Shown here: piece after piece, positions 39,574 through 52,794 of the stretch | How the letters are laid out: each line of letters opens with the position of its first letter | How positions within the stretch are numbered: the stretch's first letter is position 1 | Position numbers and translations under genes: made by a program | Origin: Eledone cirrhosa | Lineage: Eukaryota | Length of the DNA: 64,000 nucleotides | Assembly: GCA_964016885.1 (NCBI GenBank) | Contig: OZ024740.1 | Span: forward strand, 145,328,001 to 145,392,000 | Direction: 5' to 3' | Notes under the pieces: generated by a model | The model's database searches: none | Told to the model about the DNA's origin: nothing | The model's input: only the letters and a program-made list of their open reading frames with translations

Positions 39574-40107
39574 ATGATGGCTGCCCCCTCGTTATCGAGT
39601 ATGGCCATTGCACGATATACCATTATTAATAATTATTAATTAATTCTATCGTGCAATGCCTGTGCGTGAAGATATTTTTTAAAGTGAGGAAAGACAGTGC
39701 ACTGAGCCAACCCCACTCTCTGAGCGACAGTAGCTATAACCTGAAAAGAAGAAAAGATCAACATCATCGGTAACTACTGAGCCGTAGTTTTTATATCGGA
39801 GTTATCACAGTATCCTGAGTTGCCTTCTAGAAGAATACCCTGACAAAGGCTAGGGGTCCTTCATTCTCAGTGGTTTAACCGCGCGATACATGTGTATATA
39901 CATATTTAAACACTTTCAGATTGCCGTTGACTCTCATGAGTTCTTCCGCCCTTTGTCAGGTTTTGTTTTTTGTCCTGCAGGGTGTCCCAAATCACACTCC
40001 TCACCAAGTAAACTTGGTGGGGTTGCCGGTTTAGTCGCCGACGACCCGACCATGCAACAGGTTGTACTGGGTTACATGTTACCAGTAGCACTCAAGAGTG
40101 ACCCGAC
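39574..40107 (-). mobile_element. Complete bipartite non-autonomous RTE-derived element (about 530 bp)
   Basis: RTE 5' head and UTR joined to an RTE-like 3' tip (atggccatactcgataacgagggggcagccatcat). No ORF. Sits inside an (ACAT)n tract. Confidence 0.7.
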
Positions 40108-40116
40108 ATACATACA

Positions 40117-40147
<31 letters not shown>

Positions 40148-40340
40148 GTAAATATATATGTGAGCGCACTCGCGTGTGTGTGTGTATAATCAGAATATGT
40201 GTTTAAAATGCGGTAGCATTTAAAATATTCAAACATTAACTGAACACGCAATAGCGGGAGATAGAGTGAACAGATATATTTTATAAGTAGAAAAGTGGCA
40301 TTGACTTCGAAGTTTCACACACACACACGCACACACGCGC

Positions 40341-40404
<64 letters not shown>

Positions 40405-40808
40405 TAGAGAGAAAGAGGAGGAGGGGAAGCGAAGAAGATGAGGAAAATCCTTGGTACAGTAAGATATATTTGAAAAGCGGAGAATAACTTTACTGACAGC
40501 TGGTATGTTTTAATAATCACAATGTTTTATAAAGAGACATTTTTGCTATTAGTCGTTAACTTCCGTGTTGAACTTTAAGTCGTAGCTAACTTCAGTGGGG
40601 AACTTTCTCTCATTCGGTGGTGATTGTCAAACTGAATATATATAAATGGCGCTAGGAAGGACATCCAGCTGAAGAAACCAAACCAAAATCGTTTCTTATG
40701 AGCATGACATGGTCAACTGACCTAGCATTGCTCACAACGGGATAATTCGTCTAACCCATGCCAGCTGGGGGAAATAGAGGTTAAAAAACGGTAATGATGA
40801 TGATGATG

Positions 40809-40849
<41 letters not shown>

Positions 40850-41289
40850 TGTATATGTGTGTGTGTGTGTATGTGTGTGTGTGTGAGTGTGTTCCACTAA
40901 ACCTGAACAGGCTTTGATATGCATTGCATGACATGAAGAAGCGGAGTGAGTACTCTGAAGAAAGAAGAGCTGTAAACAAACATTATATCATCTTCAATAT
41001 AGATTCTTTGAATTGGAAACCCAAACTAAGGTAAAAAAAAAAAAAAAAAGTAATGGAAATGTCAAAGACATTTGCACATGTCCAAATTTTACAAATTAAA
41101 GCAATGATATCTCAGAAAATTATAATGTGAAGATTAAGAGGAATTAAAATATATCAAAACCTTTGATTTGCAAAGATGTTTGCACAAGTTTTCAAACGAT
41201 GAATTTAAATTTTCCTGAATACAATTACCATTGGCTGTTAATTTCGACCAAAGCGAATTCGAAACTTATTTCAATTCTATCATAATACC

Positions 41290-41700
41290 TATGAAGGCGT
41301 GTTGGGTTCACAATCATGAGGTTGCAAGTTTTATTCCCGGATTGAACGGTGCGTTGTGTCTTTGAGCATGACTCTTTATTTCACGTTGTTCTAATTCACT
41401 TCGAGGAGGCACGTGGCCTAGTGGTAAGGGTGTTGGACTTACGATCATAACGTGGTGGGTTCGATTTCTGGGTTGCGTGTTGTGTTCTTGAGCAAAAGAC
41501 TTTCACGTTGCTCCAGTATACTCAGCTGAAAATGAGTACGAGCAATAGCTGGGGGTTTAACCCTGCGATGGTCTGGCGTCCTGTCCAAGGGGGAGTCTTG
41601 TTCTCTCAGTCGCTTCACGCCATGAAACCGGGATAAACACCGGCCAATGAGCCTTCTGGCTTAAGACAGACTTTAGACTTAGACTAGTTCACTTCACTGG
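41290..41700 (+). mobile_element. tRNA-derived SINE (Meta-SINE-like) nested in an older copy of a similar family
   Basis: Inner copy about 41403-41685 has A box tggcctagtgg, B box ggttcgatt, core ttgtgttcttgagcaa...cagctgaaaatgagtac and an (agact)n tail. Direct repeat ttcacttc on both sides. Confidence 0.75.
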
Positions 41701-43300
41701 CGCTAAGCGGTATTAGCCTTTGCCTTCCCCTTGGACAACATTGGTGACGTGCAGAATATTATGCTCGAAATATTATATAAATATAAATAAATAATTATAT
41801 TTTTCCACACTACATTCACTATTATGGCCCTAACTTTGATGGTTATATTTCGTACGGATGGCGTTCCTTGGTAATTTTTTTCAGTCATTACTTCAGCATA
41901 GCAAAGACATAATCGTTGCACATGTTTAGGAAACAGGACATCACCACCCACGCCCTTTCCAGAAACAACCACAGCTAAAACCTTCAAAATAGATTACCCA
42001 ATCTCTGATGGTTTATCATGGTTATTACATTTTTATAACATTATAGAAATTGAATCCTAAAGGTTAACCAGGAAATTCTTCCATACTGATCTTCTACTGG
42101 TCCATTCTAGAAAGCACTAATCTGATTAACAGCACTACAATACTACTCACACATTTGGAACGTTGCAACTACTAGACAAAAACATATTTCAAGTTGGCAA
42201 ATATTTGCTCACTTACAAACATTAACCCGCAAGACAGTGAAGGTGTCTCTACGTGGTCACTCGATCTGTTAGAAAAGGTAACCAAATTTTCCCAAATCAC
42301 AGAAAAGGACGTGTTGAATAATGTGGTCTTGGGTTCCCTATACATATTAAAATGACTGGAATGCATTTGATAATAGGTCTACTCGATCACAGCTAACATG
42401 TAGCTAAAAAGAAAAACAATAACAATTAGAGTACATACATACTGTTTCTATCTGTCTATCTCTCTCCTGTTTCTCTTTCTCTTTTCTACTGAAACAATCA
42501 GCTTCTACTCCTTTGAACTCGGAAGATACGTAATACCCAAAGGCGCATGCCTCTCATTAACTTGTTACGCTTACTTTATCACTGCCTTAAATGCTTCACT
42601 TAACGTTTTCTCTTAAGAACTGCAACACAAGAGTTCACTGATTTCCCACGATTTCCTAACATGAATCAACCTATAAAAGGTAATCCTAGACTGAGAAAGC
42701 CTGCAAATGTTATTCGCTACACGTCTCCTCTTCTGTATTAAACAAATATAACATTGCTCATTCTTTTCATCTACATTTTTATATCGGCCTCAATGTACAG
42801 TTAGTTTTTATGTGCAAGCGATGGCAAACATATTTTATATTTACTTTTGAACGATTTTATCAAAAACACACTTCTTTATTTACATTGAACATAGCTTTTC
42901 CTTAGATTTTTTGGCTTATAGTGTGTTTATTTTCTGTAACTTAAGTAATATGACCACTGCCTTATATTTGCTGTAGTATCTACTGTATGTCTATAATAGA
43001 AACTTTATCCAGAATAACATATTTTGTCATTCCTGATCTAACTTGTGCAGATCTTACTAGAAGTTTACTGTAAAGCAGGGTTACAGTGGATTCTAATTAT
43101 TTTGATATAAAAACATTTCCATTATTACAAGTATGGGCGTGAGCATAGAGTGACTGTATTGAGATTTATTATGTTGATTTATTATTGTTGGTGAGTTCGT
43201 CTCTAGGCCCACGATCCTCTCTCGAGAGGAAGAAGAAGAAGAAGAAGAAGAAGAAGAAGAAGAAGAAGAAAGAAAAAAAAAGAAGAAGATTTATTATTTA

Positions 43301-43700
43301 CTAGTAGAAATACCGCCCTTCGTGCGGTTTTCTACAAGTGTAATTATGTGTGAGAGCGGGTTTGTTTTATAATATATCTAACAATGTTTGTATGTTCGTT
43401 TCGCAATGTATCTATCAATGTGTGGGCGTGTTTAGTAATGTATCTATCAATGTGTGGGCGTGTTTAGTAATGTATCTATGATTTTATATAAATGTATGAA
43501 AAAAGAACACTACATTTTTGACATGAAAATGATAGAAACTCGCTCCGACATATTTCGTCTTGCAGTTTATCTAATTTGATATAACGAAGTTTATTCTCTA
43601 CAAAATTGTAACCCACCAGACTTAATTAAGCAAAGGTGGGATATGAATCAGCAATAAGTGGAGGTATAATTGAAATAACACAAGACAATTGAAGATATAT
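43301..43700 (-). mobile_element. Non-autonomous Helitron remnant (3' end)
   Basis: Minus strand accgc-acgaagg-gcggt hairpin followed by CTAG|T at 43301-43304. The 5' boundary is uncertain. Confidence 0.55.
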
Positions 43701-43847
43701 ATATAAATAAAGTGGATCTAGCTTTCGAAACGGCCGGAGCTCAGCCGTCGGGGTCCTGACTCTTTTCCTATTACCCACTCTACTACCCTAAGTATTGAGT
43801 ACTCTGGTGCATTATGGTCCACCTGGTATCTTACTACACCCTCTTTG

Positions 43848-43892
<45 letters not shown>

Positions 43893-44268
43893 AAAAGTTA
43901 TGAAACGAAAGGAGCTGTGTGGTTACTAAAAACAAGGTTTAGGATGGTGGTTAGGACGGAACAGGAGGAGAAAGGAAGAAAGGAGTTTCCATCGTCAGCT
44001 GTAAATGTATCCCCGAACCGATGTTTCGGCACTGAATTACAGGACATCGGTGTAGTTCGGGTGCGTCCGAGGCCTTTTATTAATCAAAAGGCCAGGTGGA
44101 AAAGGAGAGAGAAAGAGAGAAAAAAAGGAGAGAGAAAAGGAAAGAGAGGGAAAGGAGGAAGAACAGGGGGGGGGGATGAGGAAAGAGGAAGAAGGGGAAA
44201 AATAGGAAAGGAATAGAAGAAAAAAAGTGTACAGATCCCATCGTGGGAAGACACGGGTGAAAGAAACA

Positions 44269-44311
<43 letters not shown>

Positions 44312-44442
44312 GAGGTTATATTTAATTTGTTGGGATTCAACAAGCTTAAAAATTGTTATAACTGATATAAAGCACTCAACAAATTAGTGGTTGTCTTTTT
44401 TCAGGGTATGTCAATATTTATTTATAAAACAAATCTGTATTG

Positions 44443-44508
44443 TATTTTATCTGATGAAAGCGCACCATAATTTGCCTTGGTGGCTCTTGAAATATGTATA
44501 ATAAAATA
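44443..44508 (+). ncRNA. Type I hammerhead ribozyme motif
   Basis: Stem I TATTTTAT/ATAAAATA (8 bp), core CTGATGA, stem II AAGcGCACCA/TGGTGGCTCTT, GAAA, short stem III, AUA cleavage triplet. Confidence 0.75.
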
Positions 44509-44546
44509 AATATGGTTTTATAAAATCAGTTTCCATTTGTTAATAT

Positions 44547-44597
<51 letters not shown>

Positions 44598-44615
44598 AAC
44601 AATACAATATAATTA

Positions 44616-44683
44616 CCTCATTACCAGAGGTTTCCCGAATAAGACGAATACGAAAAACGTCCTCATTCGTTCGTCGGACAAGG
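44616..44683 (-). ncRNA. Variant type I hammerhead motif (core CCGACGA)
   Basis: Minus strand: CCTTGT-CCGACGA-a-CGAATGAGGACG...CGTCTTATTCG-g-GAAA-CCtctG-GTA-ATGAGG. All three stems pair. Confidence 0.55.
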
Positions 44684-45084
44684 CAATTTAAAACATAGTG
44701 AAATATTTGGAAAGTCTCCTCAAGAAATGCAAAAAATATATAAATAAAAGTAATGAAAGAGATATATAAAAAAAAAATTATAAGGAAATATAGTTAGGGT
44801 ATGTGTATATGTATGTATATACACTCACAAATGTACATATGTGTGTATGTACAAATGCATGTGTATGGTGAAAATGTGTGCGCAAGTACACACATGAGGG
44901 CAAGCACATCTGTGCACATGCGACCACAAACACGCACACAATATGAGTCGAAAAAGTATGACAACATAGTTGACACGCATCTAGATACAAGTATTAAATA
45001 CACATACGAGTATGAAAGCACACGCATAAACACACATACACGCGCGGTCACCCATATGCGGAAGACAAAGAGGGAAGGGAGTGC

Positions 45085-46440
45085 AATAGCAAAAAGAAGC
45101 GTGGTGGTGTGGCGCGTGACCACTACACAGCCGAAGCCCTCAGGCAGCTCCGTAACCCCCTCTTCTACCGTCCTCTACCTTCCTACCCCACACCCCTCTA
45201 CCAACAAATAGTTTTCTCCACCATCCAGCACCTCGTCTCCTTGTCCCTCCTCCCTCCCACCGCTTCCCACCTCATCGTCTGCACCCCCCCCCACCCCCAC
45301 CATCTACTTCCTCCCCAAGATCCACAAACCCGACAACCCAGGTCGCCCCATCGTCTCCGCTTGCAACTGCCCCCACAGAACTCATCTCTGCCTTTCTTGA
45401 CTTCATCATCCTCGCCCCCTCGTCACCACCCTCCCCTCCCACATCTCCGACACCAACCACACCCTTCGCCTGTTGGACTTCCTCACTTTCCCACCCGGCC
45501 CACACCCCCTCCTCTTCACCCTAGATATTAAGGCCCTCTACACAGTCATTCCCCACGCCGACGGCCTACGTGCCCTCCGGCACTACCTTGACCTTCGCCC
45601 ATCCCCCATCCCCTCTACCCCCTCGCCTCACCGAGCTGGTCCTCACCCTTAACTGCTTCTCCTTCTCGGGTGAGTTTTACCAACAGGTCACTGGGGTAGC
45701 CATAGGCACAAGAATAGGCCCAAAATATGCCAACCTTTTTGTTGGCCATGTTGAGGCCCAAATTTTTGCCCAGTACACCGGCCCCGCTCCCGAACTGTAC
45801 GGTCGTTACATCGACGACTGCGTCGGAGCCACGACCCTCACCCGGGAACAGCTCGACTCCTTTCTCTTCTTCTGCTCCTTCCACCCCTCCCTCCACTTCA
45901 ACACCTCTATCTCCACCACCCACGTCCACTCTTGGACATCTCCGTCGCCATCGACCCCTCCCACCGCTCCCTCGTCACCTCCGCCTTCTTCAAACCCACC
46001 GACTCCCACTCCTACCTCAACTTCACCTCCTCCCATCCTACACACACCAAACACTCCATTCCCTACTGCCAACTCCTCCAGATCGGCCGCCTCTGCAGCC
46101 GAGATGCTGACTTCGAGTCCCAGGCCCTTTCTCTAGTCAGCCATTTCATCCGGATAGGTTCCTCCCCCCCCCCCTTCTCCCTCGTTCACGCCGCCCTCGC
46201 TTGCGCCAGTGCTGTCCAATGCAACCTACATGGGACAGACTGGACGTCGCCTCCGAGATATTCGTCTCAGCGGGAGTTCCCCCATCGCCCGCCACTTTGG
46301 CTCCCCTGGACATTCCGCCCACCACCTCACAGTCTGTGGCCTGATCCGCCACCCACCTCACGGTCGAGCAACACACCATCTCCACCCTACAGACCCACAC
46401 ACCCCCGGCCTGAACTCCCCACCCGTCTTCCTTTAGCATT
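45085..46440 (+). pseudogene. Penelope-like element RT + GIY-YIG remnant, frameshifted
   Basis: IYFLPKIHKPDNPGRPIVS, LFTLDIKALYT, QQVTGVAIGT, YGRYIDD, KPTDSHSYLNFTSSHP, SIPYCQ and TYMGQTGRRL motifs. Confidence 0.88.
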
Positions 46441-47480
46441 AGACCGTCCCCTCTCCACCCACACACATCCCCTACTAACAGCCCCCAATCCCCCTCTTCC
46501 CTCACCACACACACACGAACACACACCATCACACATACACTCACCCACACCTACGTACACACCGATACACCACCCACTCCACACACACACTACCACCACT
46601 AACCCCCACTCACACACCCGCATTCAACGCCTCACCCCACCACCAGTAATACTAACACCCACTCTACCACACACACACTCTCATATCCAAACACACACAC
46701 ACACACACCAGTACACCACACTCCTCCTGCCGCCCCCAACACCTCTTTCCCTCTCTCTCTCCCCGCTCTACCAACACCCCCACACAAACACACACACACA
46801 TCCCACTAACACCTCCACTAATATACACACCAACCCCCCACACCGACACCCTCTCTCTACTGCTATCTCCTTCCTCCCACCTCCTTCACCCTGCTTGACC
46901 CTCTGACCACTTCCTGTCGCGCGCGCACCCCACAACTCTCCACTTCCTCACTACCATACCAGGACTTTACACCACTGGTCCATCGCTCAATCTATCCATC
47001 CTGCCACACTCACAATCTCCAACATCCGGTCTCAAAGTCTGTGGAAAAACCCCAGGAACACACAGACACACAAACACTTACACTATTTTCGCACCACACC
47101 ACCATACATCCACACCCACACACGTGCGTATCCTCACATACACACACTCAGCCTCCGGACTCCACACGCTCCCTCTCCCCCATCCCCTCTGACCCCTCTC
47201 CATCCACACGCGCACACACACACACACCGATTTACACCCCCACCCATGTACACACCGGTTTCCCTATTACCCGAACATGGAACCTCGTTCTTCCTCCAAC
47301 TCTCACATTCACATCCACACACACACACACACGTACACCTACACACATACACAGACACCACCTTCAGACCTCCCCGTTCGGATCCCCACCGTCTCCCTCG
47401 GACCTGCCTGTCTGCTGATCGCATTCCAAAGCAACTTCTCTACAGACGATGGCAATGTTCGAACACGAGTTTGCAGCCAT
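46440..47480 (+). mobile_element. C/A-rich 3' region of the same PLE
   Basis: Continuous CA/CCT-rich composition after the ORF, ending at a (TA)n tract. Confidence 0.5.
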
Positions 47481-47695
47481 CATATATATATATATGTATA
47501 TATATATATATTTATTTAGGTTTGTTGGATAGAACTGGTCATTTCGTATGGTCAACCTCGATGTAATATTATGGAGAGCCCTCAACGTAATGTAACTCAC
47601 TCGTCTTCGTTTGTGTAGTTGGTGGTGCGAGTACGGAGTTAATTATTATAAAATAACAGGAGGCTGGACTGGTGTAAATCCTTGAAATGTTTATT

Positions 47696-47753
47696 ATACC
47701 ATGATCATTTCAATGACCGGGTTCAGTATGAATCCAGTGATATCATCAGGTAT
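47696..47753 (-). ncRNA. Type I hammerhead motif with a non-cleavable AUG triplet
   Basis: Minus strand: ATAC-CTGATGA-long stem II (ATcACTGGaTTCA tac TGAAcCCGGTcAT)-GAAA-TGATCA-TG-GTAT. Confidence 0.6.
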
Positions 47754-47931
47754 TCAAAATATAACAAAGGAATATAACAGATAAAATCCATGGGGCTGAA
47801 AATCAGAGACAAGAGGACGACCGACTATTTAGCAGCTTCTACCTCAGTCGGCCGAGGTCAGTGAGGAGAGATATTTCGGGAGAAAATTCGGCTTGTCAAA
47901 AGTATAAGGTTCCACCAAGTCACCCAGAACA

Positions 47932-47932
47932 T

Positions 47933-48000
<68 letters not shown>
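47932..48000. repeat. (CTA)n microsatellite
   Basis: Simple repeat. Confidence 0.95.
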
Positions 48001-48552
48001 TTGCAAATATAGTAATGAATAAATAACACACTCCTCCATACCACATGATCCCTTTACCACTTTCAGTGTTTAAAATACTATCATAAGAAGCACACAAGGT
48101 TGCCTTCTTCTGATTTAGTTTTCTTAACCTATCTTTGAACAAATTACCCTAAGTATATTAAGGATTAATTGGATATTTCCAAAGTAACATTCCAACAACT
48201 ATTTTTTTAACATTTAATGTCCTATTTGCATTATTGCAGCTCCCTAAAACACTATTTTTTACACTTTTCACAATGCTTCAAGAAAACTACAACACCCTAC
48301 TATTTCTACACCTGAACCAGACCAAGTTTGTAATCTTTAAGAAACTATTCCAACTATCGGAGAGAGATATTAAGCTGTTTGCCAAATCAACTTTCTTAAA
48401 CGTTGCCTGAAAAATAACATACCCAGCACAGTCAGAAACCTCCGTCTACCAGGATGCTTCCGCCTACCAGGCTTCAAAATGTCACTGAACTACTTACACA
48501 AATTTCTGCATTAGAAAACTCCTGCAACACGTGCACTGTGTATTCCAATAAT

Positions 48553-48948
48553 TGTTTCTACTTTTGGCACAAGGCCAGCAATTACCCAGTGCATTACTGG
48601 TACTTTATTTTATCGACCCTGTAAGGATGAAAGGCAAAGTTCACCTCGGCGGGATTTGAACTCAGAATGGCAAGGGCCGTAACTCTATGCATCAAAGCAT
48701 GGCGTCCGACCCTCTACCGATACTGCCAATCCATGGTTTCTTATATAGGCACAAGGCCAGCATATTTTGGAGGAGCGAGAAGTCGATTAAATCGACCCCA
48801 GTGCGTGATTGGTACTTTATTTTATCGACCCCATAAGTATGAAAGGCAAAGTTAACCTCGGCTGGATTTGATCTCATAAAGGGCCGTAACTCTATGCTGC
48901 AAAGCATGGCGTCCGACCCTCTACCGATACTGCCAATCCACCGCCCTT
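48553..48948 (-). mobile_element. Head-to-tail family A SINE dimer within one TSD
   Basis: Two SINE units flanked by actgtgtattccaataat at 48535-48552 and 48949-48966. Confidence 0.88.
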
Positions 48949-48969
48949 ACTGTGTATTCCAATAATACA

Positions 48970-50620
48970 TACAAAAACTTTCCAAAGCATTACCACAATT
49001 GACACTAAACTCTAGACTGTTTGAAGAAACCTCCTCGAGTATAGCCCGATGTTACCACTACCACATTGATCACGAATAGAAACGACTAAACTTGAAATTT
49101 GTTTGGCTATGCACTAGACATTACCGCAATAACAATTCTTCTCACTATATCAACTCTGGCGAACATAACAACCCTACTACTAATCTTACCGTCTTACTGA
49201 CCATCACCAGTACACAACTCATCCCCAAAGTTCAGCCTTTCGTCACAGATTTAACAGCTTTCCCGCACAGAACTCGAACTTTTCAGCCTCGGACCAAAAT
49301 TTAACGACTTGACGACAAATTGAAACTCGATATCGATATCGAATTGAAACTCGAAGCCAATTTTTGCCAATTTTTGTCGAGCTGCATATCAAATGTCTGA
49401 CTGCTTTTGACACTTCTGCCAACATCACATCTATTACGATGAACACCTCTACCTCCTCCAATTTTACCACCTGCCTTCTACCCACTCTACTCACTCCTGC
49501 CAATTACGAACTCGATCTCAAACTATCTATAGTGAACTTCCTACTGAAACACGCTATCTTCTAACTTTTCTAAGTCCTAACACATCACTATAAAAACCTG
49601 AGAACGGAAGACCTTGTATAGCTCCCTTCCGACAAATGGATGTCACTACCTGTCACATCATTTCCTATACATCAGCATCGAAAATACTTACTTTACTTTC
49701 CACAACCACGCCTATAAACAAACAACAGGTCCACCTATAGGATCCAGTCTCAGGCCAGCTAGCGGTCATCACCTAGCTGAAACGTAGAATTATCAACACC
49801 TGTCGTTTCTGTGTCTTCTTCAACTGAAATGTGGATGACATACTCATCCGCACGTGTTCCCGTGAAAGACGGAACATTTGCGAGCCTGAATAATAACATA
49901 AAATTCAGAATAGAACACTCTGATGATACTGGACCCTTGCCCCTGCCTGATTGCCTTCTAATTAGGAATCACAGAATGCGGTGACATACACACAAACTTC
50001 TATAAGAAAGCTGTCTACAGATATCTGCCTGTGCCCTACAGATCAGCCCTTCCCGTCAGTATTAATAACGGATATATACAGAATGAATTTATACGTATCC
50101 TGCCCAAATACAGCAAGGCAAAGGATCGGACCATCCAATCAACACAGCTTTTAAACGTGCTAAAAGCCAACAGATATCCAACATCCACTTTCAGTCGTCT
50201 TCAGGGTCCTAAGTCCAAGAAACTATATCCTAAAATTAACACACTTCTATGAAAATATAACCGTTGCTACTTCTAAGTCGCATATACCCACCCGAAACAA
50301 AGTAGCACATGCCCATCTCGGTCAGCCAAAGGCCAAATCAGGGCTTGTTTCAATGTCACCCCTCCACCACTCGGGTCGAACATCTTTTTAATCCTCGTGT
50401 TTTATCCCATGATCCTTAGCTCTGACAACTCAGCCTCCATTTTTCGCATCGAAGAAATGGTCAAGGCCAACTCTCGCCGCCAGCACGTACATCACGATAC
50501 CTCTCTCAATTGCTTTTCCAGCTTGTCAGTTAGCTACCCTTCAATGGACAGTCGATTCTACTCAACTACTGTAACAAAACCTATCATACAGAAGATTACT
50601 AAACATGTGGGCTGAAAGAA
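48970..50620 (+). mobile_element. Highly degenerate Penelope-like RT remnant
   Basis: LPSDK, VDDI, NIKFRIEHSDDTGPLPLPD, FYKK, YRSALP and LKANRYP fragments in PLE order. Confidence 0.55.
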
Positions 50621-51325
50621 AACTGAAAGTGTAACAAAATGTCAGATTTAAAATTTAGTAAAGAAAAGCACTCACCACATAATGATGAGGAAGCGTAGCT
50701 TAGTTAGGACCGGGACAGCCCATAACTCCGATCAACTTCAACTTCGAACATTGCTTTTCTTTTCCTCACTGTAATCTGAATATTCTTTTACTTTCAGTTA
50801 TTGACCAGGAAAAAAAATTGACATTAATTGCACTAATCACAATTAATTATACCCTACTTCACAGTATACACTGTCTACTAAAAGCATTCTCTCAAATTAT
50901 TTCCAAAATTTCTTTGTCTGTTATGTTTTCCTAAACGAACACTGTAGACTTATTAAGAGATTAAGTCATTAATCTTACAGATTTTAGAAGTTTCTATTTA
51001 GAGAACAGAATGAAGGACGTTTACTAAATTCTGTAAGTTATCTAAATTGTATACTTCCTTATTTTGGTTATTTAGAATTACCCAAATAAAAAGTGACTTA
51101 AGAAATAGATCACTTCATGAAAAATAGATTATTTATTAAAACTACCACTTATAAGCGATTACAAGATTTGTCTAAGGAATTATTACTTTCCGTGAAGATC
51201 GTTTCTTAATCAATTTTGAAACAAAAGACTGAATGTACTGTATAAATTAATAACGTGTGTTTAAAAGATTTAAAAGCCCTGAATGCATTCCGGTGTGTAT
51301 GTTCATGTACGTGTGTATGTTGTGT

Positions 51326-51397
<72 letters not shown>

Positions 51398-51673
51398 GTG
51401 AGTTTAGTAGTGTTCTTGAAGTATTGTAGAAAGTGTAAAGGGGCTACATCAATGCAAATACGGTATTAAATGTTAACAATTAATATAACAAAGTTGTTAG
51501 AATGTTACTTTCGAAATATCTGGTATATTTCGATAGAAAATTCCGTTTGTCACGAAAAGAAATGTTAAGGAAACTAAGTCGGATCGGGAAAACTTGTGTT
51601 TCTTATGATAATATTTTAACCCTGAAAGTGGTGAAGGAAGCACGTCATGTGGAGGAATGTGGTGGTTTTATTT

Positions 51674-52069
<396 letters not shown>

Positions 52070-52794
52070 AATTGTTCGCATGAAACAATAGTATTGAAGT
52101 CAGAGAGTGGAAGATCAAAGAATGTGAAGTGAGGCGAGAGAGAAACGGAGAGGGATAGAGGAAGACAGAAGGGGATCTAGATGGAGACAGGAGTAGGAAT
52201 TTGTCATCATTCTGTCGTGGCTGTTTGGAACTAGGTACTAAATGGTATAGAGGAGATAGCATGAAAGAGAGGAGGATGGAGCTAATCTTTGTTTATATAA
52301 TAGCTACTTGACGTCTGGTTTTAATCTATTGTTGATAGAGGTTTGAAGTTTGATAGCAAGTCTCTCTACAATAGCTATTGGGTGTTTACTTCTATATGGC
52401 TGTTGATTTGGCATTTGGGTTTGGCTATGAGAACGGGTTCATTGATTTAGAGATTGCTGATATTCGGGTTCATGGCTTAGGTGGTAACTGTGATGTCTTT
52501 TGTGTTGCTTTTGGATTTTTCAATATGGTTTTGAAGAAGGATGTGTGAATGTTGACGTGCTCTTTGACACAGATGTGTAGTGGCTAGATCATGCTGCTAA
52601 TCTAAAACTCGCTACATTTCATACATAGGATACGGTATACCACATTTTTTCGTTCGTATGAAGGGGTGGGGTGGGGGTGGGGGTGGGGGGCATTGGTTTT
52701 TGTCATCTTTGTTTTTTTATTTTTTTATTTTTGTGTTGTTGCTTTTTGTAATCATTTACACTGTAAAGATAACTGTATATCTAGCAGCTACCTC

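Noticed and set aside
41403-41475. tRNA gene
   Set aside because: A and B boxes are present but there is no cloverleaf. It is a SINE head.
43985-44030. CTGACGA and GAAAC motifs on the minus strand
   Set aside because: The stems required for a hammerhead of any topology do not pair.
47437-47480. Possible decayed hammerhead at the end of the 45-47 kb PLE
   Set aside because: Both core segments are mutated (cagacga, gaac). Too degenerate to call.
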